Source: Mobula hypostoma
Taxonomy: Eukaryota
Reading direction: 5' to 3'
Assembly: GCF_963921235.1 (NCBI RefSeq)
Contig: NC_086097.1
Span: 13,144,001 to 13,208,000, forward strand
Length of the DNA: 64,000 bases
This document shows, one piece after another, positions 1-12,963 of this stretch (position 1 is the first letter of the stretch; every line of letters begins with the position of its first letter). The notes under the pieces are model-generated. The model was given only the letters and a program-made list of their open reading frames with translations, searched no databases and had not been told where the DNA came from. Made by a program: the position numbers and the translations under genes.

Positions 1-310
1 AAGGCTCAGGAGCTTGAAGACTCGTACGGCCAGATTTGGGACCAGCTTCTTTCCAACTGTGATAAGACTGCTGAACGGATCCTGACCCGGATCTGGGCCG
101 CACCCTCGAAATATCTGGACGTGCATCTCGGTTTTTTTGCACTACCTTACTTTCCATTTTTCTATTTTCTATTTATGATTTATGATTTAAATTTTTAATA
201 TTTACTATCGATTTGTAATCCAGGGAGCGAAAAGCGCAGAATCAAATATCGCTATGATGATCGTACGTTCTAGTATCAATTATTTGGCGACAATAAGGTA
301 TAAAGTATAA
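1..310 (+). mobile_element. 3' end of a Rex1/Babar-like LINE (ORF end, 3' UTR, (ATAAAGT)n tail)
   Basis: Encodes RLRSLKTRTARFGTSFFPTVIRLLNGS*, a typical Rex1/Babar C-terminus. Ends in aataaggtataaagtataa. A near-identical inverted copy lies at about 57729-58040. Confidence 0.8.
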
Positions 311-1659
311 ATTAAATAGGTAGTGCAAAAAAAGTAGTGGGGTAGTTCAATATCCATTCAGAAATCAGATGACAAAAGAGAAGAAGCTTTATAGTTTATA
401 GTTTAAAGATGAATAACCACCTATAATTTTGTCAGAATAAGTCATTTTTCACGCTTGTATCAAAAACAACAATTATCAGCTACTCCCTAACATTAACCAG
501 CTCAGTGAGGTATTGTACCCACATGGGATACAGAGCAGGGAAGTTTCTGGCTCCGTGTGACTGGCCTCCACTCTTTTGTCACATTTGGTAATGCTGAATG
601 AGGATAACAACGTAAGTGCTTAACATTGATGGTTTACTCCCCTGCCGAGCACAACCCTCCAAAGACATCAGCAAGCAAGTGGGGGGATGTTTACAATAAC
701 CTACCGCAGCTAAACCCAAGTCAATGCCAATAATTACTGCTGCCCAAAACCTTTGTTGATCAAAGACCAGCGATTCTGGCTTGTAGCACAGATTACTACT
801 CGGTCTGACAAAAAAATGTATTCACTTAATGGGTCCAGTTAAAATGCACAGTGAGCTTATTCAGTGGTAGAGTTGTTACTTGGCCCACTGACAAAGGGAT
901 GACACTCATTACGGAGAGCGGCAAAACTATAACAGAAGCACAAAATCTCTGCCAAAACGGTAATGAATAGTTTGCAGACAGTACAGGGAATTGGCACCAG
1001 TTACAAGCAAATTTGCCTCTTATATTAAAAATTTGTAACAGTTACAATTTCCTTCACTAGCAATTAGTTTGCCGTTGCCACAAGGTTTCTTTCACTTTCT
1101 TAGGAGCTCTGTATTTTTGTTTGCTTTGGTTCATTTTAAAATTTATCCCATTGGCGTTTACAATAAAACTGCGTCTAACAATGCTCTTCTCGCTGCGAAG
1201 CTGTGGGCTAGAAATTCACTTGCAGAGAGTACATTTTTTAAGAGCTATGCAATTGATTTTGAACATTTATTTGATCTTTGAAGTGCAACTGGTGTTTTTC
1301 AACACAGCTTTTGATTGACCGCTTCTCTGCGGATGCCAGAGATTTTGCACAGGGGGATAGTAATCCGAGCCCCATGTCTTCTTCCTGGGCCCTTAGCTTC
1401 CAGTGGAGCGGAGGACATCGATAACCTCCCTTTGAATCTGCAGTCCATTGTGTCCACTGTACAGGGAATTGGTCTATACAGTTGTACCAGAGACTTCTGG
1501 CCAGCCTTTCCCATTTCCACCTCTCACGACGAGGGACATAGGGTCGGACTTCGAGAGGCCCAAGCCCAATGACCAAATTATAATTGTCTCTCTTGTGAAG
1601 TTGAATTATATATATATATCAAATTTACACTCAGAAGAGGCTTGGCAATGCTATTAAAG

Positions 1660-2058
1660 GGATCATCAAGTACCATGAATGTTTACAGTGAGGATTGTAG
1701 GGACTCCCCACCACTGAAGACATCTTCAAAAGACAGTGCCTCAAAAAGGCGGCATCACTCATTAAAGACCCTCCCATCCAGACCATCCCCTCTCGTTGTC
1801 ACTGTCATCACGGAGCAGGTAAAGGAGCCCGAAGACCTACACTCAACACTTCAGGAATAGCTTCTTACCCTCTGTCATCAGATTATTGAACAGTCCTTGA
1901 ACCGATGAAAGCTACTTCACGATTCCTCTTCTGTATTATTTATTGATTTTATTTTATTGCAACTCATAGATATGTATTTTATGTATTTCATTGTACTGTG
2001 GCCACAAAACAACAAATTTCACAGCATACATCACAGATAATAAACCTGATTCTGACTC
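1660..2058 (+). mobile_element. Degenerate Rex1/Babar-like LINE 3' fragment
   Basis: Decayed 'CLKKAASLIKDP..P..H.L..LLPSGRRYRSL' coding relic, AT-rich UTR, tail taaacctgattctgac. Confidence 0.65.
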
Positions 2059-2059
2059 C

Positions 2060-2826
2060 GCACAGGAGTGAGATACGTCAGCTAGTTAAGTGGCGTTGCC
2101 GCAACAGCCTTGCACTCAACGTCAGTAAGACTAAAGAATTGATTGTGGGCCTTCAGAAAGCGTAAGTTGAGGGAACATATGCCAGTCCTCATTGAAGGAT
2201 GAGAAGTAGAAAGAGTGAACTATTTTAAGTTCCTGGGTGTCATAATCTCTGAGGATCTATCCTGGGCCCAACATGTTGATGCAATCACAACGAAGGCATG
2301 ACAGCAGCTATATTTCATTAGGAGCTTGAGGGGATTTGGTACATCACCAAAAACATTGGCAAATATCTCCAGACGTAACAGAGCACTCTAAATGGCTGCA
2401 TCACACTCTAGTATGGGGTGATGGGGCGCCACTGTAAAGGATCAAAATAACTTGTAGAAAGTTATAAACTCAGTCAGCTCCATCATGGGCACAAGCCTCC
2501 CCAGCATCCATCACCCAGGGCATGCCACCTTATCATTGCTACCATCAGGGAGGAGGTACAGGAGCCTGAAGGCACTTGCTCTCGATTCAGAAAAAAACTT
2601 CGTCCTCTCTTCCATCAGATTTCTGAACGAACATTGAATCCATGAACACTACCTCACTACTATTTTTTTCTCTTTTGCACTACTTATTTAACCTTTTAAA
2701 TATACTTACTGTAACTTGCATTAATAATAGCGCTTTTGTTTTTATCTATTCCAATGCATTGCTGCTGAATAGCAATAAATTTCACGTCATATGCTGGTGA
2801 TATTAAACCTGATTCTCATTCTGATT
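2060..2826 (+). mobile_element. Degenerate Rex1/Babar-like LINE, RT C-terminus to tail
   Basis: Relic 'NSLALNVSKTKELIV..ERVNYFKFLGVIISEDLSW' followed by a (TCTGAT)-type tail at about 2808-2826. Confidence 0.75.
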
Positions 2827-3059
2827 TTTCATCAGACAAATAAAATTATTTCTGTTTTTTCTGATCTTCGTTCTGCTACAGAGCTCACTCCATTACACAG
2901 GGGTGGGCAGGGTGTGTGGGTAGGTTGTTGGGGAAAGAGCATAGTTACAAGTCATCTGCTGTGTCTGGAAGATGATAAGCTCGAGGTGACTTTCAGTAGT
3001 GGTCCTGCCTACCCACCTGCACAAGCAGGAAGGAAAGGAGTAAGGTCAGAATCTGGACG

Positions 3060-3226
3060 AAGTTAAAAGTTAAAAAGTCATAATTTATTTACTATCAATG
3101 TAGATAAATGACACTGTATAATACCCTGAGATTCATTTTCATGCCAGGATCAGGAACTCACTGTAGAACAAGGAAATACAACGGAATCAACAAAAAGACA
3201 CACACACACACACACACTCACACACA

Positions 3227-3283
<57 letters not shown>

Positions 3284-4090
3284 ACACAAACACACTCACA
3301 CACACATGCACAGACACACACACACCCACTCACATACACACAAACACATAAACACACTCTCTCACACACATGCACACTCACATACATACATGCACACTCA
3401 CAGACACACCCACATACACTCATACACAGAGACACACACACTCACACACACACATATATACACACACACATACACTCATACACAGAGACACACGCACACT
3501 CACACTCACAAACACACACTCACACTCACACACACAAACACACTCTCTCTCTCACACACACACTCACACACACACACACTCACACACACAAACACTCTCT
3601 CACACACACACACACAAACACACTCTCACACACACACACACACACTCACACTCACACACACAAACACACTCACACGCACGCACACACACATGCACTCATA
3701 CACAGAGAGACACACACACACACTCACACACACACACTCTCACACACACACATACACACACACACAGACACAGACACATACTCACACTCACATACACACA
3801 CCCATTCACACATTCACAGACACACACACATAGACACACATACAAATTAAATAAATAAATAAACAAATAAAGAAAGAAATAATGTCAGCATTGCGAAGAG
3901 AACGTGGCTTGATTGGATCGCACCCCTGACGATGGATGCTACTTCCGTGTGACAGCGCTCCCTGTTGATGGGCTCAATGGTGGGGAAGGATTTTCCAGTG
4001 ATGGGCTGGGCTGTGCCCAGCACATTTTGTAGGTGTTTTCTGTTCTTGGGCATTGGTGTTTCCATACCAGACTGTGATGCAACTAGTCAG
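3060..4090 (-). mobile_element. Rex1/Babar-like LINE 3' fragment containing an expanded microsatellite
   Basis: Minus strand encodes 'LQNVLGTAQPITGKSFPTIEPINRERCHTEVASIV'. The UTR and (TTTTAAC)-type tail are near 3060-3080. Confidence 0.65.
3197..3870. repeat. Long imperfect (CA)n microsatellite followed by (TAAA)n
   Basis: About 650 bp of interrupted CA dinucleotides, seen directly. Explains the His-Thr and Val-Cys ORFs. Confidence 0.97.
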
Positions 4091-5302
4091 GGGCACTCCA
4101 CCATGTATCTATCGAAGTGGTGGAATGGTACTTTGGTTTGAAGAACCAATCTTTCCAGGAGTCCTTCAGGAGCCACATTCATACAGCAGCCCTCCAACCT
4201 GCAATGGATCTGACAACTTGGGTCTTAAGGCAGAGTGCCAGCCACACACATGTGTCCTGACTGTACTGCCTGTAGAAGAGAAGGTCAATGTCTTCACATT
4301 CAGATAACCTCAAGAAATATATGGCAGATATCAACTTACTTCCAGCCTCCCCTTATTAACTCTTACCCCTTATTTATCAACTACGTATCGCCCTCTACAT
4401 TGGAATCATTTCACAAATTTATTCAGCATGTTTTAAGGAAGAGAGGCAATGTTACAGGAGGCTGGCATACAGCAAAATTAGACAGTTTAATAATAGAAGA
4501 ACTCAGTTATTGGAAGTCAGAGAAGTCAATATTGAATCCAGAAGGCTGCAATGGCCTGGTTAGGAGATTGGTGCTACTCCTCAGACTTGTATTGGGTCTC
4601 ATCATAAGAGTGCACGAAACCCATACAGAAGGATTAAATTTGGAGTGAGGTGGAGAGGTGGACAATAAAACTGACAGGCTCTCCCTTCATTTGGACTTGA
4701 TACAGGTCCTCCAAAAAAGTCATCTAATCTGCATTGGATTTCTCCATTTTTTTCCAGTCCCCGCACCCCCCCCCACCCCGCCAACCATCCTGGACTTCCT
4801 TCCAGTTTCTCCGTATCTGTCATATTTGCTCCAAAGATGAGCTTTTCCATTTGGGTGCCTTTACAACATCTTTCTTGCCCCCTGAACCATGAATTACTCC
4901 CTGCCACAGCAGACAAACCCCTTGACCATGTCTCATCTTTTACCTGCTTTTCTCCTTTCACCCACCATCACCCACAGACAGGGCAAAGATACAGGTCTGA
5001 TGCTCCTCCCTTCCCACGCACCAGCCTTCATATTTAATGGACTATTCTTTGCTATGTTTACCAGTTCTCACAAGATTCCACGGCCAAACACCTCTTCTGC
5101 TCTTCCTTCCTGACTCTTTGGTCTACCCTTCTGATCCCACCAAACCCTTCCATTCTTCTGGCACTTCCTCAAGAAACCACAGGAAATGGAACATATGACC
5201 TTTCACCTTTCCCTTCTCACTCTCCAGGGACTCAAATAGTCCTTTCAGGCAAAGCAGTTATTCTTTTTTTTTATTTTGTTGAGATATGGAATAGATAGCC
5301 CT

Positions 5303-5770
5303 TTTCCATGTCTGAACAGTTTGTCAAATGAAGAGCATTTGATGGATCTGGGCCTGTATTCAACAGAATTCAAAAGAATGAGGGAAGACTTCATGGAAAC
5401 CTATCAACTGGTGAAAGGCTTTGATAGAGTGGATGTGAAGAGGATATTTCCAAAGGTGGAAGTCTGAGACCAGAGGACACAGCCTCAGAACAGAGGGGTA
5501 TCCTTTTAGAAAAGAGATGGGGAGGAATTTCTTTAGCTAGAGAGTAATGAATCTGTGGAATTCTTTGCCACAGGCAGCTGTGGAGGCCAAGTTTGTATAT
5601 ATATTTAAGGCAGAGGTAGATAGATTCTTGATTGGTCTGGGCATGAAGGGATACGGGGAGAAGCCAGGGGACTGGGGCTGAGAGGAAAAATGGATCAGCC
5701 ACGATAAAATGGAGGAGCAGACTCAAAGGGCCAAATGGCCTAATTCTGCTCCTATGTCTTATGGTCTTTT
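5303..5770 (+). mobile_element. CR1 (HER1-type) LINE 3' end
   Basis: 'LGLYSTEFKRMREDFMETYQLVKGFDRVD...TRGHSLR...RRNFFS.RVMNLWNSLP', then the CR1 3' UTR with ggccaaatggcctaattctgctcctatgtcttatggtct. Confidence 0.85.
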
Positions 5771-5945
5771 CAGTACTGAGCCGCACCGTCCAGCAAACCC
5801 CAATTTAACTCTAGCCTCGTCACAGCACAATTTACAATGAGTAAATAATCTACCATCTGCTATGTCTTTGGACTATGGGAGGAATCCAGGGCACTTGGAG
5901 GAAACCCACGCAGTTCATGGGGAGAACATACGGCAGTGGGAACAG
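5771..5945 (-). mobile_element. V-SINE (HE1-like) fragment; its 3' tip lies at about 5270-5302
   Basis: V-domain reverse complement gtctttggactatgggaggaatccagggcacttggaggaaacccacgcag. Confidence 0.7.
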
Positions 5946-7311
5946 TCTCTGGCGCTTAATGTACTGAATTCAATGCTTACAATGTGGTCTCTTCTCCATC
6001 AGTGAAACCATGTGCACTGGGTTGTTTTCTCAAGATTTCTGAAATGATAAACCTATCTCTCACTCCAAAGATACATCGTGGTGTACTGAGCATTTACTGT
6101 TTCTGCTTCTATTTCAGCCTTCCAGCATCTGCATTATTTTGCTATCCAAAGAATGTTTTGTCTTGTTGACAGTGATGTCAATAATTTGTTCTTTCTTTTA
6201 TCTGGCAGTGGTAACAAGGCAGTAACAATTCAAGCCCATATCCGTTACCAGGTAGAACATACTAAGTTCTTCTCACAAACACGTTTGATCAACAATTCTT
6301 CTTTTCGACAGAATCCTGTGACAGACCAACATCAGCAGGAGCATCAGAGAGAAAAATACACAACTTTCCTCTTGCTTCAAACACAAACCAAATCCCTCAT
6401 TTTTACTAATAAAGGAAACATCACTTTCAACAAGAAGCTTGTCTTTGGTTCCCTACCAGATCACCTATTTGGCCTTTGTGACTTTATGTTTGCATGGTAT
6501 CTTGTATGTGCTATGTGTGCCTTGTGCCCTGTATGTTTTGCACCTTGGCCCCAGAGGAACACATTAAGTTCGGTTGTATTCATGTTCCATATAGTTGAAA
6601 GATAATTAAACTTAAACTTGAAGTTGCAATTCTAGTTAGTAGTTAGTGGAAGTGCCCAGGTTTTTAAAAGATTAGTTTATTTGTCAAATGTACATCAAAA
6701 CCTACGGTATAATATATAATTGGTGCCAGTGACAATGCAGTACAAATACTGTATATGCTGGGGGTAGTCCACAATGTCGCCATGCTTCCAGTGCCAACAT
6801 GTCATGTTCAGCTTACTATCTCCAGCCATCTTTCAAAATTTAAAACCAAAGATGTACATGCAGTCACAAAAAAAAACATTGAAGTTTCTTACAGACAGCA
6901 GGAATGGAACCACTTTTGCTGATCGCTAGTGCTGTAGAGCTGATAGTGTAGTAACCACTACACTATCGTGCTACCATCTCATGGTGTTCCCACTGGTTTC
7001 ATCTTTCTTATGATGTTCCCAAAGTTCAAAGTTCAAAGTAATTTTATTACCAAGTACTTAGATGTCACCATGTACAACCTTGGGATTCATTTTCCTCTAG
7101 GCATACATGGTAAATACAAAGAAACACAACAGAATCAATGAAAGACCATTTGCAAGATGGACAAGCAGCTAATTTGCAAGACACAACAAATGGTGCAAAT
7201 GCAAAAAGAGAAAAACAAACAAAACAATAATAATAATAATCAATAAATATCATGAAAATAAAATGAACGTCTTTGAAAGTGACTGTTAAGTATCACTTAG
7301 ATTTAAATATA

Positions 7312-7535
7312 TATTTAGAGATACAGCATGGTAACAGACACTTCCAGCCCAACGAGCCCCCGCTACCCAATTACATCCATGTGACCATTAACCTACTCAC
7401 CTGTACATCTTTGGAATGTCGAAGGTTACCCACACGGTCACAGGGAGAATGTACAAATTCTTTACAGACAGCGGTAGGAATTGAACCTGGGTCACTGCAT
7501 AAAGCATTACGCTAACCCCTAGACCACACCGCCGT
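7312..7535 (-). mobile_element. V-SINE (HE1-like), internally deleted
   Basis: Tail tagagatacagcatggtaacag, V-domain remnant acccacacggtcacagggagaatgtacaaa, and tRNA B-box complement ggaattgaacctggg. Confidence 0.75.
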
Positions 7536-8364
7536 CCCTTTAGCTAATTTCACTGGACGACAAAGAACTTGCTCCTGGAATACATTTGTGTTCAGTTTCA
7601 AGCGGTCCATCAAAGCCACATCTTTCAGAGGAAGCAACATCTTTCGGAAAAATTTGCTGCCCAGTGTTTAATATTGTTTTTCCTTTCTGCGCCCTGTGGT
7701 GTGTCGGACGGCAACCTTGCCGTTTCTTGAGTATTTTTGAGCTTTCTTGTTATGAGGTCATGTTGCTAGCTTGTTGTTAGTCTTAAATATAATCAGTAAC
7801 ATTTTCATTCAAATCGGGATGTCCTAGGTTGAACCCCATTCCAGTAACTCAAGCACAAACATCTTAAATGATGTTGCAGTACAAAGAGTGGGTTGCAATG
7901 TTGCTGAAGCAAGGCTTTGGATGAAGCATTCAACTGAAGAACATCTGCTCTCTCACATGTATGAAAGATCCTGTGGCAAAGGCACACAGCATGGTTTTCT
8001 TGGGTAACCTCTATTCTTTTCCATCATTGCAGAACATGGTTGTAATCACTGTTGCTTGTGGAAACTGAGCTCATATAAAAACAGAAAATTCTGGAAACAC
8101 TCAGCATGTCAAATAGGATGCTGCCTGACCTGCTGCGTGTTTCCCACATTTTCTGTTTTTATTTTAGATTATTTCAGGATATTCTGCACCGTTAAAGAGG
8201 AGCCACAGGAAAGAAGCTGAAAAACTTTGAACAAAGTCCCATGAGTAAGTCTTCGGAAAAGCATGGATGTGAAGTCTTTGACAGCCAGCATAGAGCATAG
8301 CCAAAAGTAGAAATTCCCGGGGGCCAAACATTTTAATTCCAATTCCCATTTTCCTTCCAACAAG

Positions 8365-8800
8365 TGCCAAGATGAGGCCACCCTTAGGATGGAGGAGCAA
8401 AAACTTATACTCCGTCTGGGTAGCCTCCTACCTGATGGCATGAGTATCGATTCCTTCTTCCAGTAACAAAAATACCTTCTCCCTCCCCACTCTGACCTTT
8501 TAACTCTTCTCACATGCCTGCATCTCCCCCTGGGTGCCCTCCTCCTTCTCTTTCCCCTGTGATCCACCCTCCTTTCCTGTCAGGTCCCTTCTGTTCTAGT
8601 CCTTTACCTTTCCCACCCACCTGGCTTCACTTACCACCTTCCAACTATCCTCCATCCCCCTACACCTACTTTTTATTCTGACATCTTTCTCCTTCCTTTC
8701 CAGTCCAGAAGAAGGGTCTCAGCCCGAAATGTTGACTGTTTATTTATTTCCATAGATGTTGCCTGACCTGCTGAGTTCCTCCAGCATTTTGTGTGTGTTG
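8365..8800 (+). mobile_element. Penelope-like element 3' end (GIY-YIG C-terminus and pLTR with decayed hammerhead)
   Basis: 'QDEATLRMEEQKLILRLGSLLPDGMSIDS' matches the PLE endonuclease C-terminus. Pyrimidine-rich UTR, hammerhead relic at 8701-8738, terminal gcctgacctgctgagttcctccagcattttgtgtgtgttgc. Confidence 0.8.
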
Positions 8801-8804
8801 CGTA

Positions 8805-9140
8805 AACCATAGACCACAGAACAGTATGGCCTACAATATTGTGCTGACCTTTTAACCTTCTCTAAGACCAATCTAACCTTTCTCTCCTACATAGCCCTCC
8901 GTTTTTCTACCATCTATGTACCTAAGAGTTTCTTTCGTACCCCTAGTGTATTTGCCATTACCAGCACCGCTGACAGGGCATTCTACACACCCACCACTCT
9001 CTGTGTAAAAAACTTACTTCTGACATTCCCCTGTATAGTTTCCTCCAATCACCTTATAATTATGACTCTTGGTATTAGCTATTTCCACCCTGGGAAGAAT
9101 TCTTTGGGTATCTACTTTATCATCTTATGCACCTCTACTA
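8805..9140 (-). mobile_element. CR1 3' fragment
   Basis: Reverse complement of 'FFTQRVVG.W..L' (accactctctgtgtaaaaaactt) and a CR1-type UTR. Confidence 0.65.
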
Positions 9141-10009
9141 GACTTGACAGGCTGAATTCTATCCCCCACCATCACCATGCTGTAAAAAAGATATGCAATG
9201 TACTATTATGAAATCATAGTCAGAATCCAATGCCTGTTGACGGAAGAAACTGAAGACAAGACATTAAAACTGTGACCACTCAGGCACATGGGCTGTCAAT
9301 TCAGACCCACTGTGCCCAAAGATCACTTGTTTATTGTTCCCAGCTAGTAGGCCTCCTTAAGAGAAACATACTCCCTAAAATGCTCCAATATTTTAAACCG
9401 AGAACTGTTTTGTTTTCAAATTAGTGATCCTCTGTTCTATGTTGGAAGCTGCTGTTCTGTGATTAATTAGTATGTGATTTAATTACCAATGATATCACCG
9501 AACTAAATTAAACAAGCCGTTGCTACCCACACACAAGGGGAGGCTCACTAGTCCCGTCATCCCTACAGGGAACTGCCTTCAAAGGGAGGGCAGGTTAGAG
9601 GATCAGAACTACAGTGCTGCAGCCCTATCTCGACCCACACTTTATTTAAATGTAGGAGTCTCCTGGGATTAGTGAATCAGTGAGTTCACCTCGTTTATTA
9701 AATGCAGGGTTTTATTCTTTCTTTTACCCATTCTGTATAAACAACCAGCTGCTCACTTTACCACACTGTTGTGAATGGCAACAAATAAAATTCAGTTTTG
9801 TTTCTCATTTGCCATTATTTTCAAATGTTTTCACACACTTCTGTAGCAGAATGATTTTATTGCAATTCATAAGGATTAATATTTCAGTACTTTGGACTTT
9901 GGTTTGTCAATGAATGGGTGTTAATTAGAGAAGGTGGAGAAGTAGATGACAAATCAGATTGGATTTTTTGACCTTTTGAGGACTTCATTCTTGCTCTTTA
10001 CACCAGCCT

Positions 10010-10200
10010 GTACTCCTTTCCTCCCCCCCCCCGCCCCCCACCTTCTTATTCTGGCTTATTCCCCCTCCCTTTCTGGTCTTGGCCTGAAACGTCGACTGTT
10101 TATCCCTCGCCATAGATGCTCACTGACCTGCTGAGTTGCTCCAGCATTTTGTGTGTGTGCGTTACTTTCGATTTTCAGCATCTGCAGAATCTCTTGTGTT
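10010..10200 (+). mobile_element. Penelope-like pLTR fragment with the 3' half of the hammerhead motif
   Basis: ggcctgaaacgtcgactgtt...gatgctcactgacctgctgagttgctccagcattttgtgtgtg...cagcatctgcagaatctcttgtg. Confidence 0.75.
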
Positions 10201-10880
10201 CACCCTTCTCTCTGGCAGCTCATTCCATGTACTTACAATGTGTGAAAAAGTAATTTTGCACGGCCCTTTTAAATTGTTTACCTCTTACTTTAAACCTATC
10301 CCCTTTAAGACTCGCCTGTCCTGGGGAAAAGACTTTAGCTCTTCAGCTTATCCGTAGCCCTCATGATACTATTAATCTTTGTAAGGTCACCCCTCAGCTT
10401 CCTACACTCCAGAAAAAAAAGATCCTATCTATCCAACCTCTCCTTATAACCAAACAATCCAATGCCAGTAATATCCTTGTAAATCTTTTCTATATCCTTT
10501 CTAGTTCAGTAGGATTCAATGAAATACCTTCTCATTCTTCTGAACTCTATTGAGTGCAGGCCCAGAACCATCAAATACTCCTCATACTGGAAGACTTTCA
10601 ATCCTGGAATTATTCTTCTGAACCTCCTCTGGACCCTCTCTGGGGCCAACACATCTTTCCTTTGATATGGGGCATAAAATTGCTCACAATATTCCAAATG
10701 CAGCCTGAACAACAGCTTATAAAGCCTCAGCAGTGTATGGTTGTTCATGTACTCTAGTCCTCCTGAAATGAATGTTAACATTGCATCTGCCTTCCTTACT
10801 CAGCCTGCAAGTTACTGTAACCTTACGGGAATCTTGAACTTGGACTACCAAGTCCTTTTGCATCTTTGATTTCTGAACTT
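10200..10880 (-). mobile_element. Two joined CR1 ORF2 C-terminal fragments
   Basis: Minus ORF 10506-10781 'LLRLYKLLFRLHLEYCEQFYAPYQRKDVLAPERVQRRF'. Confidence 0.8.
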
Positions 10881-11849
10881 GACAAGATCAAACAGGTCCT
10901 CACTGAGGTCTATGATTTCCCTTGACCTCAGTCACAGTGTCTCGGATGGTGGGACTGCTCTCACAACCAATGTCACAATTCACCAGCACCCTCTACTTTC
11001 TAAGGATCAATCAGGGCAGGTACTGGTTGTCTTTTGCCAGCAGGGTACTTGGTAGGGAAGGTAAGACAAAGCACAGGAGAGATTTTGAAATGAAGAGCTG
11101 AGTGTGTGAAGAAGGAAGACAGGAAGACAGTCTGCTGGAGGTGGCAGAATGAGAATAGACCTAATGCAAAGTCTGTAAATATTCTGAAGAACTGTTAGGT
11201 GCATAGGACTTTATACTTCTAACAAGGTTATTGAAATTACTCCTGTACCTGTCAGCATTCATGAGAATCTTACACTTTACAGAAATCTTCCTCGTATTCC
11301 CCTGCAAAGGGACTTCGACTACTGACGAGGAGCCATCAAGCCCCTTGGCAGAAAGAAGAACCATCCTGTAGGTGCCTTACTTGGACATCCTGGGAGCTCA
11401 CATCATTCCCTCCCCAGCTTTCATGAATAAGCAACACTTCCCAGTAGTTGGAACAACATGCTGTTTGTGTGTGTATTGTGTGTGACCCTTTAAGGGCCTG
11501 CTCCCAAGGTCGCAGCTGTGTGGCTAAGTGTCTGCAGCTGCATGATATTGAAACACATCAATTATATAGTGCGCTGAAGCTGAAACTGAGCGTTATTACA
11601 ACAGGGAAGCAGGCATTTCTGTTTAATAAGTGTATGAAAGGGAGAACACAATTCCAATGGCATTTATTTCAATAGTTATAGGATAATACAGGATGGACAC
11701 ATGCCCTTCATCCCAACTTGTCCACGCAAATCATGGAGTCCATATTTGATCCACATCCCTCAGAACCCGTCCTATCCATGTACTTATCCAAATGACTTTT
11801 AAATTATTTACTCTTTTTATTTTAGAGATACAGCGTGGAACAGGTTCCT

Positions 11850-12190
11850 TAAGGTTGTCATCGCCGGGGGGGGGAGAGGGGGGGAGGTGGGTGGTAATGG
11901 GGAGAAGCTCCCACTACCTATTAACTGCTCCCAGTGGTATGCAACACAGGTAGCCTCTGACAACCAAGTCCAGCTCCTGGCCTTCATGTGTGGGTGAGCT
12001 ACTAAACCCAGTGGAACTGATTCTACCAGCAAGAGAAGGGTCAAAGGTGGGTTACTGGTGCCTTAAAACCAGTCTCTCTGGGCAGACCGGCCTCGTCAGC
12101 CATGGTTGGCAGCTCATCTAGGAGAAGAAAACCTCTGATCACAAACCTCTGCTGCTTTGCAACTATATCAACTCATGGGGAAGGTTTCAT
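11850..12190 (+). mobile_element. Dispersed repeat resembling an RTE-clade LINE 5' UTR (copy 1)
   Basis: Homologous to 21930-22470 (gctcccactacctatta...gcctctgacaa...cctggccttcatgtgtgg...gcagctcatctaggagaag). The ctaggagaaggaaaactctga motif is recalled from RTE 5' UTRs. Confidence 0.6.
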
Positions 12191-12376
12191 TTTGTTTTGT
12201 GGCAGCAGTACATTGCAATACATAATATAAAAAATTGTAAATTATAAAAAGAAATACATATAAAAAGAATTAAAATAAATAAGTAGTGCAAAAAGAGAAC
12301 AATAAAGAGGAAGAAAATTAGTAAGGTAGTATACATGGGTTCATTGTCCATTCAGTGGGAAAGAAGCTCTTCCTAA

Positions 12377-12963
12377 CGTAACACGCTATAAGGATTCCCT
12401 GCTAATGTAATGGCATCTTTGTAATGTTTCACTGCTAAGGCTAATGTAATAGCTTCTCTGTAACAGCAAGGTTTGGGTTATGGCTGGAGATAACAGGACT
12501 TTGGTATGCCTGTTAGCCAATCGGAAATTGTTGCTTTGTCTTATGTGTCTGGAAGGATGTTCTTTCGCTGTCTTTGTTGAGGAGAGATAAAGAGGGAAGA
12601 TGCGTGTGGAGAGAGCTGGTAGACCACCGGATGGAGTGGACTGGGATTTGAGGGTCCGAAGATCGGCGACACTTGGAGGAGACCGATGGTGGAAGAATGA
12701 CTACTGAGTGAGCTCCAGCGTGAACTTTTGACAACTTGAATTGGGCCCTTCTTAAATTTTTAATACTAACCCTATATTTAGAGTAAGATTCATAAAGTTC
12801 AATCATTTAATTGCATATGGTGTACTGTCTGACGTTTTGCGTTGTGGGTTTGTAACTGGGCAGTACATTACACAGCATCCACACAAATGTGATTTTGCAG
12901 ATCGGCGGGGCCAAAGGCTGTTTCCCCTAGACGAACACGAGCTGGGACAGCCTGAGGGTTACG
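12377..12963. mobile_element. Solo-LTR-like insertion, 587 bp, with 4-bp TSD CTAA and termini CGTAAC...GTTACG
   Basis: CTAA at 12373-12376 and 12964-12967. Removing the insert restores the host LINE sequence gaagctcttcctaaaaacactgagtgt. No ORF. Confidence 0.75.

Larger units (their letters stand above)
4690..6030 (+). mobile_element. Decayed Penelope-like element ORF (linker and GIY-YIG start), split by a SINE/CR1 insertion
   Basis: About 5180-5258 resembles 'RKCNTCPFT...QGPKQSFQVKQ'. About 5968-6025 resembles 'IQC.QCGL..IGET...LG', the YIG half of GIY-YIG. Many stops and frameshifts. Confidence 0.6.

Noticed and set aside
3108..3858. 241-aa and 162-aa His/Thr-rich ORFs and the opposite-strand Val/Cys ORF
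   Set aside because: They are translations of a (CA)n microsatellite inside a LINE 3' UTR.
6250..6316. Possible 67-nt minus-strand exon (FCRKEELLIKRVCEKNLVCST)
   Set aside because: Plausible AG/GT ends, but no recognisable homology and no partner exons; expected by chance.
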